From NCBI GenBank assembly GCA_963677925.2, contig CAXXYH010000004.1:2240001-2304000 (forward strand): DNA of 64,000 bases, given 5' to 3'. Position numbers and translations under genes: made by a program. Positions 35,901 to 46,047 of the stretch are shown here, in pieces. The notes below the pieces were generated by a model. It ran no database searches, had not been told where the DNA came from, and saw nothing but the letters and a program-made list of their open reading frames with translations. Source of the stretch: Spirochaetia bacterium (GTDB taxonomy: Bacteria; Spirochaetota; Spirochaetia; UBA9216). Position 1 is the stretch's first letter. Each line of letters begins with the position of its first letter.

Positions 35901-37965
35901 GTCACCGGCAAAGGCAACAACAATCGAGCGGTATCTCGGGCCGGGTTATACCGTCTCAGCATCAATGGGACATCTTATTGATCTTCCGAAATCCAGAATT
36001 GCGATTGACGAAAAAAATAATTTTGAACCGGAATATATTACGGTTCGCGGAAAGGCAAAGATTCTTAAAGAGCTTCAGTCCAAGGCTAATAAGGCCGGAC
36101 ATGTTCTTCTTGCATCTGATAATGACCGTGAAGGGGAGGCCATTGCCTACCATCTCAGGAATTCTCTGGTAAAGAAAAATGATAAGCTCAAGATTGAGCG
36201 TATCATCTTCAACGAAATTACCCCCGGAGCAATCAAGGACGCGGTAGCTCATCCTCTTGCGATTGACGAAGAGAAGGTAAATGCGCAGAAGGCACGGAGA
36301 GTCCTTGACAGGCTTGTCGGATACAACCTTTCACCGCTTCTGTGGTCGAAGGTTAAAAACGGACTTTCCGCGGGGCGTGTACAGTCTGTTGCGCTTCGTC
36401 TCATTTGCGAGCGTGAAAAAGAGGTTGAAAGCTTTATTCCCGAAGAATACTGGACCCTAGACGGTGAGTTTTCAAAGGGCAAGACTGCCTTCCCCGCTCA
36501 GCTGGTTTCTTTCAAGGGTGAAAAGCCCGAAATAAAGAGTGAAGAATCTGTAAACGATATTATCAACTCACTCAAGGAGCTTGATGCGGTGGTCACCGGT
36601 GTGAAGGGCACTGAAAAACAGATTAAGCCAAAGGCTCCCTTTACAACATCTACTCTCCAGCAGACTGCTGCAAACAGGCTCGGATTTACATCAAGAAAAA
36701 CGATGCAGATTGCTCAGCAGCTGTATGAAGGTATCAATATTGATTCAAGCCGTGTCGGTCTTATTACCTACATGAGAACGGACTCCACACGTATCTCCGA
36801 TCAGGCGATTGGCGAGGTTCGCGACTGGATTGAAAAAAATCATCCTGCCGAACTTCCAGAGCAGCCTGCATCCTACTCACCCAAGAAAAATGCTCAGGAT
36901 GCACATGAGGCAATCAGGCCCACTTATATTCAGTACACTCCTGATGATATGAAGCAGCACCTCACCAGAGATCAGCACAAGCTGTATTCCATTATCTGGG
37001 AAAGATTCACATCCTGTCAGATGAAGAACGCAAAGACGCTGACTACATCATATGATATAACAGTTGGAGATGCAGTTTTCAGGATCAGTTCAACCAAATC
37101 GGTTGAAAAGGGGTTTCAGAAGGTTATAAAACTTCTCAAGGCAAAGGAAAAGTCGGTAAAGGTTCCCTCACTGGCGGAAGGCGATGTGCTTAAAACAGAG
37201 GACTTTGCTGCTAATCAGCATTTTACAACCGGTCCGGCCAGATTTACCGACGCCAGTATCGTCAAGATGCTTGAGGAAAAGGGGATCGGACGTCCTTCAA
37301 CCTATGCACCGATTATTTCGGTTCTGCTGGACCGATACTATGTGGTAAGGCGGAATAAGCAGCTGATGCCCACAACACTCGGTCGGATTATCTCAGATCT
37401 GCTTGTGACTCAGTTTCCTGATGTCGTAAACGTTGACTTCACAGCCGGTATGGAGCAGAACCTGGACAGGGTTGAAGAAGACGGTATGGAATGGCATCAG
37501 ATGATTGCCGGATTCTACGGCCCCTTCAAGGATAGGGTTGAGCATGTTAATGAAACTCTTGAATCGATCAAGGGTGTGCTTGATGAGCCGACCGATGAGG
37601 TCTGTGAAAAATGCGGAAAACCAATGGTCAAAAAGCTCGGCCGCTTCGGTTTCTTCCTGGCCTGTACAGGTTTTCCTGAATGCCGTAATACCAAAGCTGT
37701 TCCGCTTGCCGACTGTCCGCGTGAAGGCTGTGACGGCAAAATCGTTGCCAGACGAAAGGCCGGCGGCAAGGGTAAGGAATTCTACGGATGTACCAATTAC
37801 CCGGAATGTGATTTTATAAGTCACTTCAAGCCGACCAGTTCAAATTGTCCGAAATGCGGATACTTCCTGGTTGAAAAGAACGACAAAAAAACAGGATCGG
37901 TAAAAGCCTGTATAAATCCTGAATGTGATTTCCTGCATACTCACGAGGAGGAAAATGAAGGCTGA
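35872..37965 (+). CDS. topA: DNA topoisomerase I
   Basis: IVESPAKA, DNDREGEAI, SAGRVQ, ITYMRTDS, GIGRPSTY, C-terminal Zn ribbons. Confidence 0.97.
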   Translation: MKVHTLLIVESPAKATTIERYLGPGYTVSASMGHLIDLPKSRIAIDEKNNFEPEYITVRGKAKILKELQSKANKAGHVLLASDNDREGEAIAYHLRNSLVKKNDKLKIERIIFNEITPGAIKDAVAHPLAIDEEKVNAQKARRVLDRLVGYNLSPLLWSKVKNGLSAGRVQSVALRLICEREKEVESFIPEEYWTLDGEFSKGKTAFPAQLVSFKGEKPEIKSEESVNDIINSLKELDAVVTGVKGTEKQIKPKAPFTTSTLQQTAANRLGFTSRKTMQIAQQLYEGINIDSSRVGLITYMRTDSTRISDQAIGEVRDWIEKNHPAELPEQPASYSPKKNAQDAHEAIRPTYIQYTPDDMKQHLTRDQHKLYSIIWERFTSCQMKNAKTLTTSYDITVGDAVFRISSTKSVEKGFQKVIKLLKAKEKSVKVPSLAEGDVLKTEDFAANQHFTTGPARFTDASIVKMLEEKGIGRPSTYAPIISVLLDRYYVVRRNKQLMPTTLGRIISDLLVTQFPDVVNVDFTAGMEQNLDRVEEDGMEWHQMIAGFYGPFKDRVEHVNETLESIKGVLDEPTDEVCEKCGKPMVKKLGRFGFFLACTGFPECRNTKAVPLADCPREGCDGKIVARRKAGGKGKEFYGCTNYPECDFISHFKPTSSNCPKCGYFLVEKNDKKTGSVKACINPECDFLHTHEEENEG

Positions 37966-38863
37966 GGAATACCTCAACTATCTTAAAAATCTCAGAAACT
38001 ATTCTTCCGCTACAGTGAAGGCATACTCGGAGGATCTGCAGAAATTTGAAGCTTATCTGGATGCTGAAGGTCTTGATTCCGATGAACCGGGAACCACTGC
38101 TGCCAGGAGGTTTATTTCAGGACTGTCTGCAGACGGCATGAGCAAGACCTCGGTGAACCGGATAATGTCTTCCCTGAAAGGATACTACCGCTATCTTATA
38201 AAGCGGGGCTACACAGATGTGAATCCCTTTGAGAACATCCGCAGTCTCAAGAAGAACAGGACTCTTCCGGAGTATCTTTTTGAGGCTGAGATTGACAGCC
38301 TTCTCAAACTGCCGGGAAATGATTTTGCCGGGCTTCGCGACCGCTTTATCCTTGAACTGCTTTATTCAACCGGCTGCCGTGTCTCCGAAGTTTCGGGAGC
38401 AGGACTTTCCGACCTTGATATCAAATCAAAAACCCTCCGTGTGAGCGGAAAGGGCGGAAAGGAAAGGATAGTCTACCTGGGAAATGAAGCCATGAAAGCC
38501 CTTTCAGGATATCTTCCTTTGAGGAATATACGGGCTGACAAGACTGATCAGGATGCGCTTAATGCCCTGCTTATAAATGTGCGGGGAAGGCGGATAACAC
38601 AGCGCGGAATTGCGCTCATAATTGAAAAGTATATTAACGTTTCGGGAATATCGAAGAAAGTAAGCCCGCATACATTCAGGCACAGCTTTGCCACTCACCT
38701 TGTGGATCATGGTGCAGATATCAGAATGGTGCAGGAAATGCTTGGTCATGAGAGTCTTTCAACCACCCAGATTTATACTCATATGGGGATTGAAAAACTG
38801 AGAAATGTTTATAGACAGGCTCATCCTCATGCCGGCAAACAAAATGACGGAGTTTCAAATTGA
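37955..38863 (+). CDS. xerC: Tyrosine recombinase XerC
   Basis: [44 protein letters not shown]. Classic topA-xerC-hslVU order. Confidence 0.87.
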   Translation: MKAEEYLNYLKNLRNYSSATVKAYSEDLQKFEAYLDAEGLDSDEPGTTAARRFISGLSADGMSKTSVNRIMSSLKGYYRYLIKRGYTDVNPFENIRSLKKNRTLPEYLFEAEIDSLLKLPGNDFAGLRDRFILELLYSTGCRVSEVSGAGLSDLDIKSKTLRVSGKGGKERIVYLGNEAMKALSGYLPLRNIRADKTDQDALNALLINVRGRRITQRGIALIIEKYINVSGISKKVSPHTFRHSFATHLVDHGADIRMVQEMLGHESLSTTQIYTHMGIEKLRNVYRQAHPHAGKQNDGVSN

Positions 38864-39393
38864 AAATTAGATCAACAACAATTATAGCAGTCAAAAAAGA
38901 CGGAAAAACAGCCATGGCCGGTGATGGTCAGGTGACCCTCGGCGAAACTGTGATGAAGGGGAACGCCCGGAAGGTGAAGACCATTTACGGCGGAAAGATT
39001 CTCACCGGATTTGCGGGCGCAACTGCGGATGCCTTCACCCTGTTTGAACGCTTTGAGGGCAAGGTTAATGAATATAACGGAGATATTACACGTGCAGCAG
39101 TAGAGCTTGCCAAACAGTGGCGGACCGACCGGATGCTCAGCAAGCTTGAAGCTATGCTTCTTGTTGCAGATAAAGAAAAAATTCTTTTAATCTCCGGAAC
39201 CGGCGATGTTATTGAGCCTGAAGAGGGCGTGCTTGCAATCGGTTCAGGCGGAAACTATGCATACGCTGGCGCACTGGCGTTTCTTTCAACTGAGAACGAA
39301 CTGAGCGCAAAGGATATTGCCCTCAAATCACTGGAAATAGCATCCAGAATATGTATTTACACCAACAGCAGCTTTGTAGTGGAGGAAGTCTGA
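38860..39393 (+). CDS. hslV: ATP-dependent protease peptidase subunit
   Basis: [32 protein letters not shown] start. Confidence 0.96.
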   Translation: MKIRSTTIIAVKKDGKTAMAGDGQVTLGETVMKGNARKVKTIYGGKILTGFAGATADAFTLFERFEGKVNEYNGDITRAAVELAKQWRTDRMLSKLEAMLLVADKEKILLISGTGDVIEPEEGVLAIGSGGNYAYAGALAFLSTENELSAKDIALKSLEIASRICIYTNSSFVVEEV

Positions 39394-40877
39394 TGATTGA
39401 CGGACTTGAAAAATTGACACCGAAACAAATCGTAGAAGAACTCGATAAGTATATAATCGGTCAGGATAAGGCAAAGAAGGCAGTCGCCATAGCGCTCCGG
39501 AACAGAATGCGCCGGCAGATGCTGAGTCCTGAACTCAGGGATGAGATTGCTCCCAAGAACATTATAATGATAGGACCTACCGGTGTAGGAAAGACCGAGA
39601 TTGCGAGAAGACTTTCCAAGCTTGTAAAGGCTCCATTTATCAAGGTTGAAGCAACCAAGTATACTGAGGTCGGCTATGTCGGCCGGGATGTTGAATCAAT
39701 GGTCCGCGATCTGATGGCAGACGCCGTTTCAATGGTAAAAAAGGAACTCGAAGAAGAAGTCCGGGCCGAGGCGGAACTCAGAACTGAAGATGCAATTCTT
39801 GATCTGCTGCTTCCCGGAGTAAAGAACAAGGCCAAGGGCGAGGGCGGTGCAGGTGCCGTGCTGGGCAGTATTTTCGGAAACAAGGCACCCCAGCAGCCTG
39901 TACAGAGCACTCCTGATGTTATAAACCTTCCCGGTCCTGGCGAATCGGCAGAGGCTGGAAAAATAGGTTTTGACACCGAAGATTCATCAGCAAAGGCTGA
40001 TAAATCCTCAACCAGGGAAAAGTTCAGGCAGATGCTCCGGGACGGAAAACTTGAAGATAAAGAAGTTGAAGTCCTTGTTACCGCACCCCCGTCCTCACCG
40101 ATGGACATGTTTTCAGGAATGAACCTCGAAGATATGGGAATCAACATCGCAGCAATTCCGATGTTCGGCGGGAAAAAGAAAAAACGCAAGGTTACCGTGG
40201 AACGTGCAAGAGAAATCCTGCTGAACGAGGAAATCGATAAGCTTATAGATCCTGAACGGGTTAATGAAATTGCCCGTGAACGGACCCAGCAGATGGGAAT
40301 AATTTTCATTGATGAGATTGACAAGATTGCAGCCAAGGAAAGCCGGAGCGGAGGCGATGTTTCACGCGAGGGTGTTCAGCGCGACATTTTACCAATTGTT
40401 GAAGGCTCAAGGGTTAATACAAAATGGGGGCAGGTAGATACCTCCCACATCCTTTTTATAGCGGCCGGAGCTTTTCATATGAGTAAACCCTCGGATCTTA
40501 TTCCGGAACTTCAGGGACGTTTTCCGCTTCGTGTTGAGCTGGAAGATTTGAACACTGAAGATTTTGAACAGATTCTTACCCAGCCTAAGAATGCGCTTAT
40601 TACCCAGTATGTGGCGCTGCTTGGAACTGAAGATGTGGAACTTGATTTTACTGAAGGTGCAATAAAACGGATGTCCGAGATTGCCTATGAGGTCAATTCC
40701 AGAACCGAAAATATCGGAGCGCGAAGACTTCACACCATTCTTGAGCTTCTGCTTGAGGATTTATCTTTCAATGCACCGGACCTGAAAGGTCAGAAAATTG
40801 AAATTATACCCGAATATGTCGATGAAAGGCTGCAGAGTGTTAAGGAGGACCAGGACTTATCCAGATATATTCTATAG
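39393..40877 (+). CDS. hslU: ATP-dependent protease ATPase subunit
   Basis: GPTGVGKTE, GYVGRDV, DEIDK, GVQRD, NIGARRLH, DLSRYIL. Confidence 0.97.
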   Translation: MIDGLEKLTPKQIVEELDKYIIGQDKAKKAVAIALRNRMRRQMLSPELRDEIAPKNIIMIGPTGVGKTEIARRLSKLVKAPFIKVEATKYTEVGYVGRDVESMVRDLMADAVSMVKKELEEEVRAEAELRTEDAILDLLLPGVKNKAKGEGGAGAVLGSIFGNKAPQQPVQSTPDVINLPGPGESAEAGKIGFDTEDSSAKADKSSTREKFRQMLRDGKLEDKEVEVLVTAPPSSPMDMFSGMNLEDMGINIAAIPMFGGKKKKRKVTVERAREILLNEEIDKLIDPERVNEIARERTQQMGIIFIDEIDKIAAKESRSGGDVSREGVQRDILPIVEGSRVNTKWGQVDTSHILFIAAGAFHMSKPSDLIPELQGRFPLRVELEDLNTEDFEQILTQPKNALITQYVALLGTEDVELDFTEGAIKRMSEIAYEVNSRTENIGARRLHTILELLLEDLSFNAPDLKGQKIEIIPEYVDERLQSVKEDQDLSRYIL

Positions 40878-40883
40878 TTTTTC

Positions 40884-40910
40884 TAAGCTCCGGCTGAAAA
40901 AAACCGAGAA
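40884..40910 (+). promoter_or_regulatory. Sigma28 (FliA)-type promoter upstream of flgB
   Basis: TAAG-N15-ACCGAGAA compared with consensus TAAA-N15-GCCGATAA. Confidence 0.7.
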
Positions 40911-40942
40911 TTTATAAGAATAGGTATTTTGGGAGAGCATAT

Positions 40943-41359
40943 ATGTTTTTTGATAACAGTTTTGGAAAAAATCTTGAACTTCTTCACCGCTCAATGGACA
41001 CAAGTGTCTACCGCAGGTCGGTTATCTCCGATAACATTGCCAACGCTGATACACCAAACTTCAAAAGAAGTGTTGTTAACTTTGAATCTGAACTGAAAAG
41101 AGCTCTTGATTCCGAAAAGAAATCCGGAATGGAAGGTGCACTTACAAATGACAGGCATATTGCTTTCAATAAACCGATGAACTGGCGTGATGTAAAGCCC
41201 CGGAAGGTGCTCGACTACCTGACAAGCTCTGATAACAATGGAAACAATGTTGATATCGAAGAAGAGATGATGCTTGCCACACAGAATCAGCTTGAATATA
41301 ACCTGATGGTTAATTCACTTTCAAATCAGTTCTACCAGATTACCAAGGTAACAAGTTAG
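40943..41359 (+). CDS. flgB: Flagellar basal-body rod protein FlgB
   Basis: NIANADTPNFK, NGNNVDIEEEM. Confidence 0.95.
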   Translation: MFFDNSFGKNLELLHRSMDTSVYRRSVISDNIANADTPNFKRSVVNFESELKRALDSEKKSGMEGALTNDRHIAFNKPMNWRDVKPRKVLDYLTSSDNNGNNVDIEEEMMLATQNQLEYNLMVNSLSNQFYQITKVTS

Positions 41360-41371
41360 GAGGCCGAGTAA

Positions 41372-41833
41372 ATGGGATTATTTACAAGTATTAATACAGC
41401 AGCATCCGGTCTTTCAGCCCAGAGGATGAGGCTGGATGTAATTTCAGATAATATAGCAAACGCGGAAACTACAAGAACTCCCGAAGGCGGTGCGTTCAGA
41501 AGGAGCAGGGTTATCTTTAAACCTGAAGTGTCTCAGCCTTACTGGAGAAGTCCCTTTCTGCCGGAAAAACTGGAAAACGGTCTGGGTAAGGGCGTTGAAG
41601 TTGTTAAAATTGAGAAGGATACCAGTACCGAGATGCGCTACGTATACGATCCTACTCATCCCGATGCTCTAAAGACAGGGCCCAAGACTGGATATGTTGA
41701 AATGCCCAATGTTAATATAGTTGATGAAATGGTGGATATGATATCTGCATCAAGATCCTATGAAGCCAATGTTGCCGTTATTGACGGTTCGAAGGCTATG
41801 TTTACTAAAGCACTCGAAATAGGCAGGAGGTAA
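41372..41833 (+). CDS. flgC: Flagellar basal-body rod protein FlgC
   Basis: SGLSAQRMR, NIANAETTR, YDPTHPDA, PNVN, RSYEAN. Confidence 0.96.
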   Translation: MGLFTSINTAASGLSAQRMRLDVISDNIANAETTRTPEGGAFRRSRVIFKPEVSQPYWRSPFLPEKLENGLGKGVEVVKIEKDTSTEMRYVYDPTHPDALKTGPKTGYVEMPNVNIVDEMVDMISASRSYEANVAVIDGSKAMFTKALEIGRR

Positions 41834-41836
41834 TAG

Positions 41837-42169
41837 ATGGCAGGATTACTCGGAGCAGATCAGGTAACCGGAGATGTAGTCAATCTAAGGGCTACTCATA
41901 AAAATCATATAGGCATTCAGGATTCTGCAAAGAAACCTGAAACTTCTGCAGAAGAATTTACCAATGCACTTAGAAATGCTCTTGGTGAAACCAATAATCT
42001 GCAGAATGCGGTAACCGATATTACTCAGGCATATCTTACTGATCCGGAAAGTGTTGATGTTCATGATGTCACAATTGCCATGAGTAAGGCGAATATGTCG
42101 CTGGAAATAACAAAAGCTGTGGTTGACGGCGCGCTGAAAGCGTATAACAATATAATAAATATAAGGTGA
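41837..42169 (+). CDS. fliE: Flagellar hook-basal body protein FliE
   Basis: DVHDVTIAMSKA...AYNNI, positioned after flgC. Confidence 0.9.
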   Translation: MAGLLGADQVTGDVVNLRATHKNHIGIQDSAKKPETSAEEFTNALRNALGETNNLQNAVTDITQAYLTDPESVDVHDVTIAMSKANMSLEITKAVVDGALKAYNNIINIR

Positions 42170-42229
42170 TACACTTTCAGGCTTAATAGTCGCTAATTAA
42201 TCCAGGTTCTTTTTTCAATGGGAGGGGAA

Positions 42230-43939
42230 ATGAACGAATGGTTTAAAAAGTTACTGGCTCAAATCCGCAAGTACTGGGATAAGTGGTCAGGTATACAGAA
42301 AATAATCTTTATCGGAATTTTCGTTGTAATAGTAGCAGGAATAATTCTGGTTGCATCCGTAAGTTCGACCCCGAACATGGTTGCCCTTTTTACCAGTCCG
42401 GTAGCAGATCAGGACAAATTATATAAAATCTCGATGAGACTCGATGAGGAAGGCGTAAATCACCGTACCGATGAGAGCGGTATGATCTATGTCGATGACA
42501 GAGCTACTGCTCAGCGGATGATTTCTGTTCTGATGCGTGAAGACCTTATCCCTGATGAGATATCCGTCTGGGATGCCTTCAAAATGGATCGGTGGACTGT
42601 AACCGATTTTGAACGGGAAGTAAATCTTCAGCGGGCTGTTACCGAAAATCTTCAAATTCATATTGAAGCTCTTGAGGATGTCGACTCTGCCCAGGTAACT
42701 CTGGTAATGCCTGAAACAGAGCTCTTTGCAGAGGACCAGGATCCTGTTACTGCATCAGTTATCATAACACCCCGTCCGGGAAGCGATATTATCACAAACA
42801 GAAGCAAGATCGAGGGAATCGAAAAGCTTGTTATGTTTGCGGTCCAGGGTCTTACTGCAGAAAACGTGGTTATAACTGATTACCGGGGTACCATACTCAA
42901 TGATTTTGAAGATCTCGCAGAGTTTGACCGGCTTGAACTGACAAAGAGGCAGATGGACCAGAAGGCTAAACTTGAAGCCAAATATAAGGGTGAGATACTC
43001 AACGAACTCAAAAGTATTTTCGGCGCCGACAGGGTTAAGATTCTAAGGGTCGACATCGATCTGGACATGAGTAAGAAGACTGTTGAAACCGATGAGTTTT
43101 TCCCAATAACTCTTAAAGAAGACAATCCCAACACTCCCTTTGATGAAACCGATGTAATCAAAAATGTTCCAAGATCTGAACAGATTATCGATGAAAGCTA
43201 CAGGGGCACCGGCTTTAATCCTGAAGGCCCTCCCGGCCAGGAAGGCCAGACTCCTCCCGCATACAAGGACCTGGAAGGTCTTGTAGGAGAATATGAAAAT
43301 AAATCGAATACAATCAATTATGAAGTAAACGAAAGAAAGATTTACGAGGAAAAGAACCCCTGGGAGATTCAGAAGATAACAGTCGGTGTTGCCATCGACG
43401 GTATCTGGACCAGGGTTTATACCGACAAGGGCACATTATCCATTACCCCTGAAGGATCGATTGAAAGAAACTACAGGGAAGTGGAACAGTCTGATCTGGA
43501 CAAGGCTAAAACGCTGATAGAACACTCTATAGGCTATGATGCTCTTCGGGGTGATTCGGTTACGGTGCAGCATCTTGCTTTTGACAGGACTGCTCAGTTT
43601 GAACAGGAAGACCAGAAGTACAGAAATCAGAAGAGACTGCAGCAGGCGATCATTTATTCTATAATTGGTATAGCCGTTATTATTGCAGCTTTTATAATTT
43701 TTAGAATTATCTCAAGAGAACTTGAACGCAGAAGACGTCTGCGTGAAGAAGAACTTGCCAGACAGCACCAGGCAATGAGGGAAGCGGCGCTGAGAAGTGC
43801 CGAGGAAGAAAGTCTTGATGTCGAAATGTCTGTTGAGGAGCGGGCCAGAATGGAAATGCAGGAGCATGCCATGAATATGGCCCGTGAACATCCGGAGGAT
43901 GTTGCACAGCTCATCAGAACCTGGCTGGTAGAGGAGTAG
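42230..43939 (+). CDS. fliF: Flagellar MS-ring protein FliF
   Basis: Two TMs, AQVTLVMPE, TASV, C-terminal PEDVAQLIRTWL. GGAGG RBS before ATG 42230. Confidence 0.94.
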   Translation: MNEWFKKLLAQIRKYWDKWSGIQKIIFIGIFVVIVAGIILVASVSSTPNMVALFTSPVADQDKLYKISMRLDEEGVNHRTDESGMIYVDDRATAQRMISVLMREDLIPDEISVWDAFKMDRWTVTDFEREVNLQRAVTENLQIHIEALEDVDSAQVTLVMPETELFAEDQDPVTASVIITPRPGSDIITNRSKIEGIEKLVMFAVQGLTAENVVITDYRGTILNDFEDLAEFDRLELTKRQMDQKAKLEAKYKGEILNELKSIFGADRVKILRVDIDLDMSKKTVETDEFFPITLKEDNPNTPFDETDVIKNVPRSEQIIDESYRGTGFNPEGPPGQEGQTPPAYKDLEGLVGEYENKSNTINYEVNERKIYEEKNPWEIQKITVGVAIDGIWTRVYTDKGTLSITPEGSIERNYREVEQSDLDKAKTLIEHSIGYDALRGDSVTVQHLAFDRTAQFEQEDQKYRNQKRLQQAIIYSIIGIAVIIAAFIIFRIISRELERRRRLREEELARQHQAMREAALRSAEEESLDVEMSVEERARMEMQEHAMNMAREHPEDVAQLIRTWLVEE

Positions 43940-43943
43940 GGAC

Positions 43944-44999
43944 ATGGCTAAATCAGGAGCAGGCGGCGGAGGTGCCGCAGCAGGAAAACCAAAGGTAAAG
44001 AAAGATCTAACCGGAAGGCAGAAGGCGGCCATCTTCCTGGTAACTCTCGGCTCAGAGATTTCGGCGGAGATATTCAAGCATCTGCGTGATGATGAAATTG
44101 AGGCTCTAACATTTGAAATAGCACGACTCGACAGTGTTGAACCTGAAGAACGCGACCGCGTTCTTATGGAGTTCAAAGAACTGATGATGGCTCAGGATTT
44201 TATCACCTCAGGCGGTATAGAATACGCCAGAGAGCTTCTTGAGAAATCACTTGGTTCTCAGAAGGCTGTTGATATCATAAACAGGCTCACAAGCTCACTG
44301 CAGGTGCGTCCCTTTGATTTTATCCGGCGTACAGACCCGGCACATCTGCTTAACTTCATTCAGCAGGAGCATCCGCAGACAATAGCACTTATTCTGGCAT
44401 ACCTTGAGCCTCAGAAGGCCTCGGTAATACTGGGCGCGCTGCCTCATGAGGTTCAGTCCGATGTTGCAAGGCGAATCGCTACAATGGACCGTACTTCACC
44501 GGAAGTTCTGCGTGAGGTTGAAAGGGTTCTTGAGAAGAAACTGTCGACTCTGTCTTCCGAAGACTATACTGCAGCGGGCGGTGTCGAGAACATAGTCGAG
44601 ATACTGAACCTTGTAGACAGATCGACCGAAAAGATAATTATAGAAGCGCTTGAAGAAGACGATCCGGAACTTGCCGAAGAAATCAAGAAGAGGATGTTTG
44701 TATTCGAGGATATCGTTCTGCTTGACGACAGGGCAATTCAGAAGGTGCTTCGTGAAGTTGATACAAGTGAGCTCGGCAAGGCACTCAGAGGTGTTGAGGC
44801 CGAAGTTCAGGACAAGATTTTCAGAAACATGTCGAAACGTGCTTCACAGCTTCTGAAAGAAGAAATGGAGTATATGGGTCCGATCAGGCTGAAAGATGTT
44901 GAAGAGACCCAGCAGAAGATTGTATCGATTATCAGAAAGCTCGAGGACCAGGGTGAAATTGTTGTTGCAAGGTCCGGCGAAGATGAAATGGTCGTCTAA
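43944..44999 (+). CDS. fliG: Flagellar motor switch protein FliG
   Basis: KAAIFL, EHPQTIALIL, MFVFEDI, NMSKRA. Confidence 0.97.
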   Translation: MAKSGAGGGGAAAGKPKVKKDLTGRQKAAIFLVTLGSEISAEIFKHLRDDEIEALTFEIARLDSVEPEERDRVLMEFKELMMAQDFITSGGIEYARELLEKSLGSQKAVDIINRLTSSLQVRPFDFIRRTDPAHLLNFIQQEHPQTIALILAYLEPQKASVILGALPHEVQSDVARRIATMDRTSPEVLREVERVLEKKLSTLSSEDYTAAGGVENIVEILNLVDRSTEKIIIEALEEDDPELAEEIKKRMFVFEDIVLLDDRAIQKVLREVDTSELGKALRGVEAEVQDKIFRNMSKRASQLLKEEMEYMGPIRLKDVEETQQKIVSIIRKLEDQGEIVVARSGEDEMVV

Positions 45000-45012
45000 C
45001 GGAGGTTTTTAA

Positions 45013-45921
45013 TTGGCTAAGAATGTTTTCAGGCCGCAGGAAATCGTTGCGCTCACGCAGCAGGTTAAACTCAATTCTCCCTTTGAGAAGGAGCCGGAAC
45101 CTGAGATAATTATACCTGCAGAAGAATATAAGGGCCCTACAGCTGATGATCTCAGACGCGAAGCTGAAATGTTCAAGGCCAGCTGGGAAGCTGAAAAAGA
45201 GCTGATGATCTCCCAGGCCAGGGCAGAGGCTGACCGTATAATCAAGGAAGCTGAACAGGCGGCCTTTGATGTAGTGAAAGAAAAAAATGATGAGGCTCAG
45301 CGGCTTCGTCAGACTGCTGAGGATGAAGCTGAAGATCTTGTGCGAAATGCTGAAAAGCAGTCTGCGGCAATGATTGAGGATGCCGAGAAGAGTGTTGAGG
45401 AAGTAACCGGTGCTGCTCACAAGGAAGGTTTTGCCGCCGGCCGCGAGGAAGGCTTTGAAACCGGAAAGGCGGAAGTTGACCGGCTTATTCAGCACCTGCA
45501 TACGATAATTTCCGCTGCAATTGAAAAGCGTAATCACATTATCGATCAGTCTGAAACCCAGATTATTGATCTCGTTCTGGTAATAAGCCAGAAGGTAATA
45601 AAAGTAATTTCAGAAAATCAGAAGAATGTAGTTATTAACAATGTTATTCAGGCTCTGCGTAAGCTTAAGAGCCGCGGTGATGTTGTCATCAGGGTTAATC
45701 TGGATGATGTTAAGCTCACAAGCGATCATGTTAAGGATTTTATGCGGATGGTTGAAAATGTCCGTTCTATTACTGTGATGGAAGATTCTTCAGTCGACCG
45801 GGGAGGCTGTGTCATCGAAACAGACTTCGGACAGATTGATGCCAGAATCTCTTCTCAGTTCAAGGAGATCGAGGAGAAGATTCTCGAACTCGTGCCGATA
45901 AAGGCCGGCGGGGAAGAATAA
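45013..45921 (+). CDS. fliH: Flagellar assembly protein FliH
   Basis: GxxxG repeats (EGFAAGREEGFETG), GGCVIETDFGQIDARI. TTG start. Confidence 0.93.
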   Translation: MAKNVFRPQEIVALTQQVKLNSPFEKEPEPEIIIPAEEYKGPTADDLRREAEMFKASWEAEKELMISQARAEADRIIKEAEQAAFDVVKEKNDEAQRLRQTAEDEAEDLVRNAEKQSAAMIEDAEKSVEEVTGAAHKEGFAAGREEGFETGKAEVDRLIQHLHTIISAAIEKRNHIIDQSETQIIDLVLVISQKVIKVISENQKNVVINNVIQALRKLKSRGDVVIRVNLDDVKLTSDHVKDFMRMVENVRSITVMEDSSVDRGGCVIETDFGQIDARISSQFKEIEEKILELVPIKAGGEE

Positions 45922-45981
45922 AAAAGTAGAACTTTTTTATTCTTCCAGGGAGTTTTAATTTTTTACTTAAAAAATTAAAAC
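45912..45981. repeat. Tandem inverted repeats in the fliH-fliI spacer
   Basis: 16-bp arms GGAAGAATAAAAAAGT-aga-ACTTTTTTATTCTTCC (45912-45946) and 14-bp arms GTTTTAATTTTTTA-ct-TAAAAAATTAAAAC (45952-45981). Confidence 0.85.
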
Positions 45982-46047
45982 GTCCATGGAGAAGAATAGT
46001 AAGGATATAGACGGATATAGTTAACACTTTTCCTGGGAGGGGAGAAA

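Noticed and set aside
33227-38863. Two tyrosine recombinases flanking dprA-topA as a possible integrative element or invertible cassette
   Set aside because: Both have XerC/XerD size and motifs in the conserved housekeeping context. No att repeats, phage genes or obvious compositional shift were seen.
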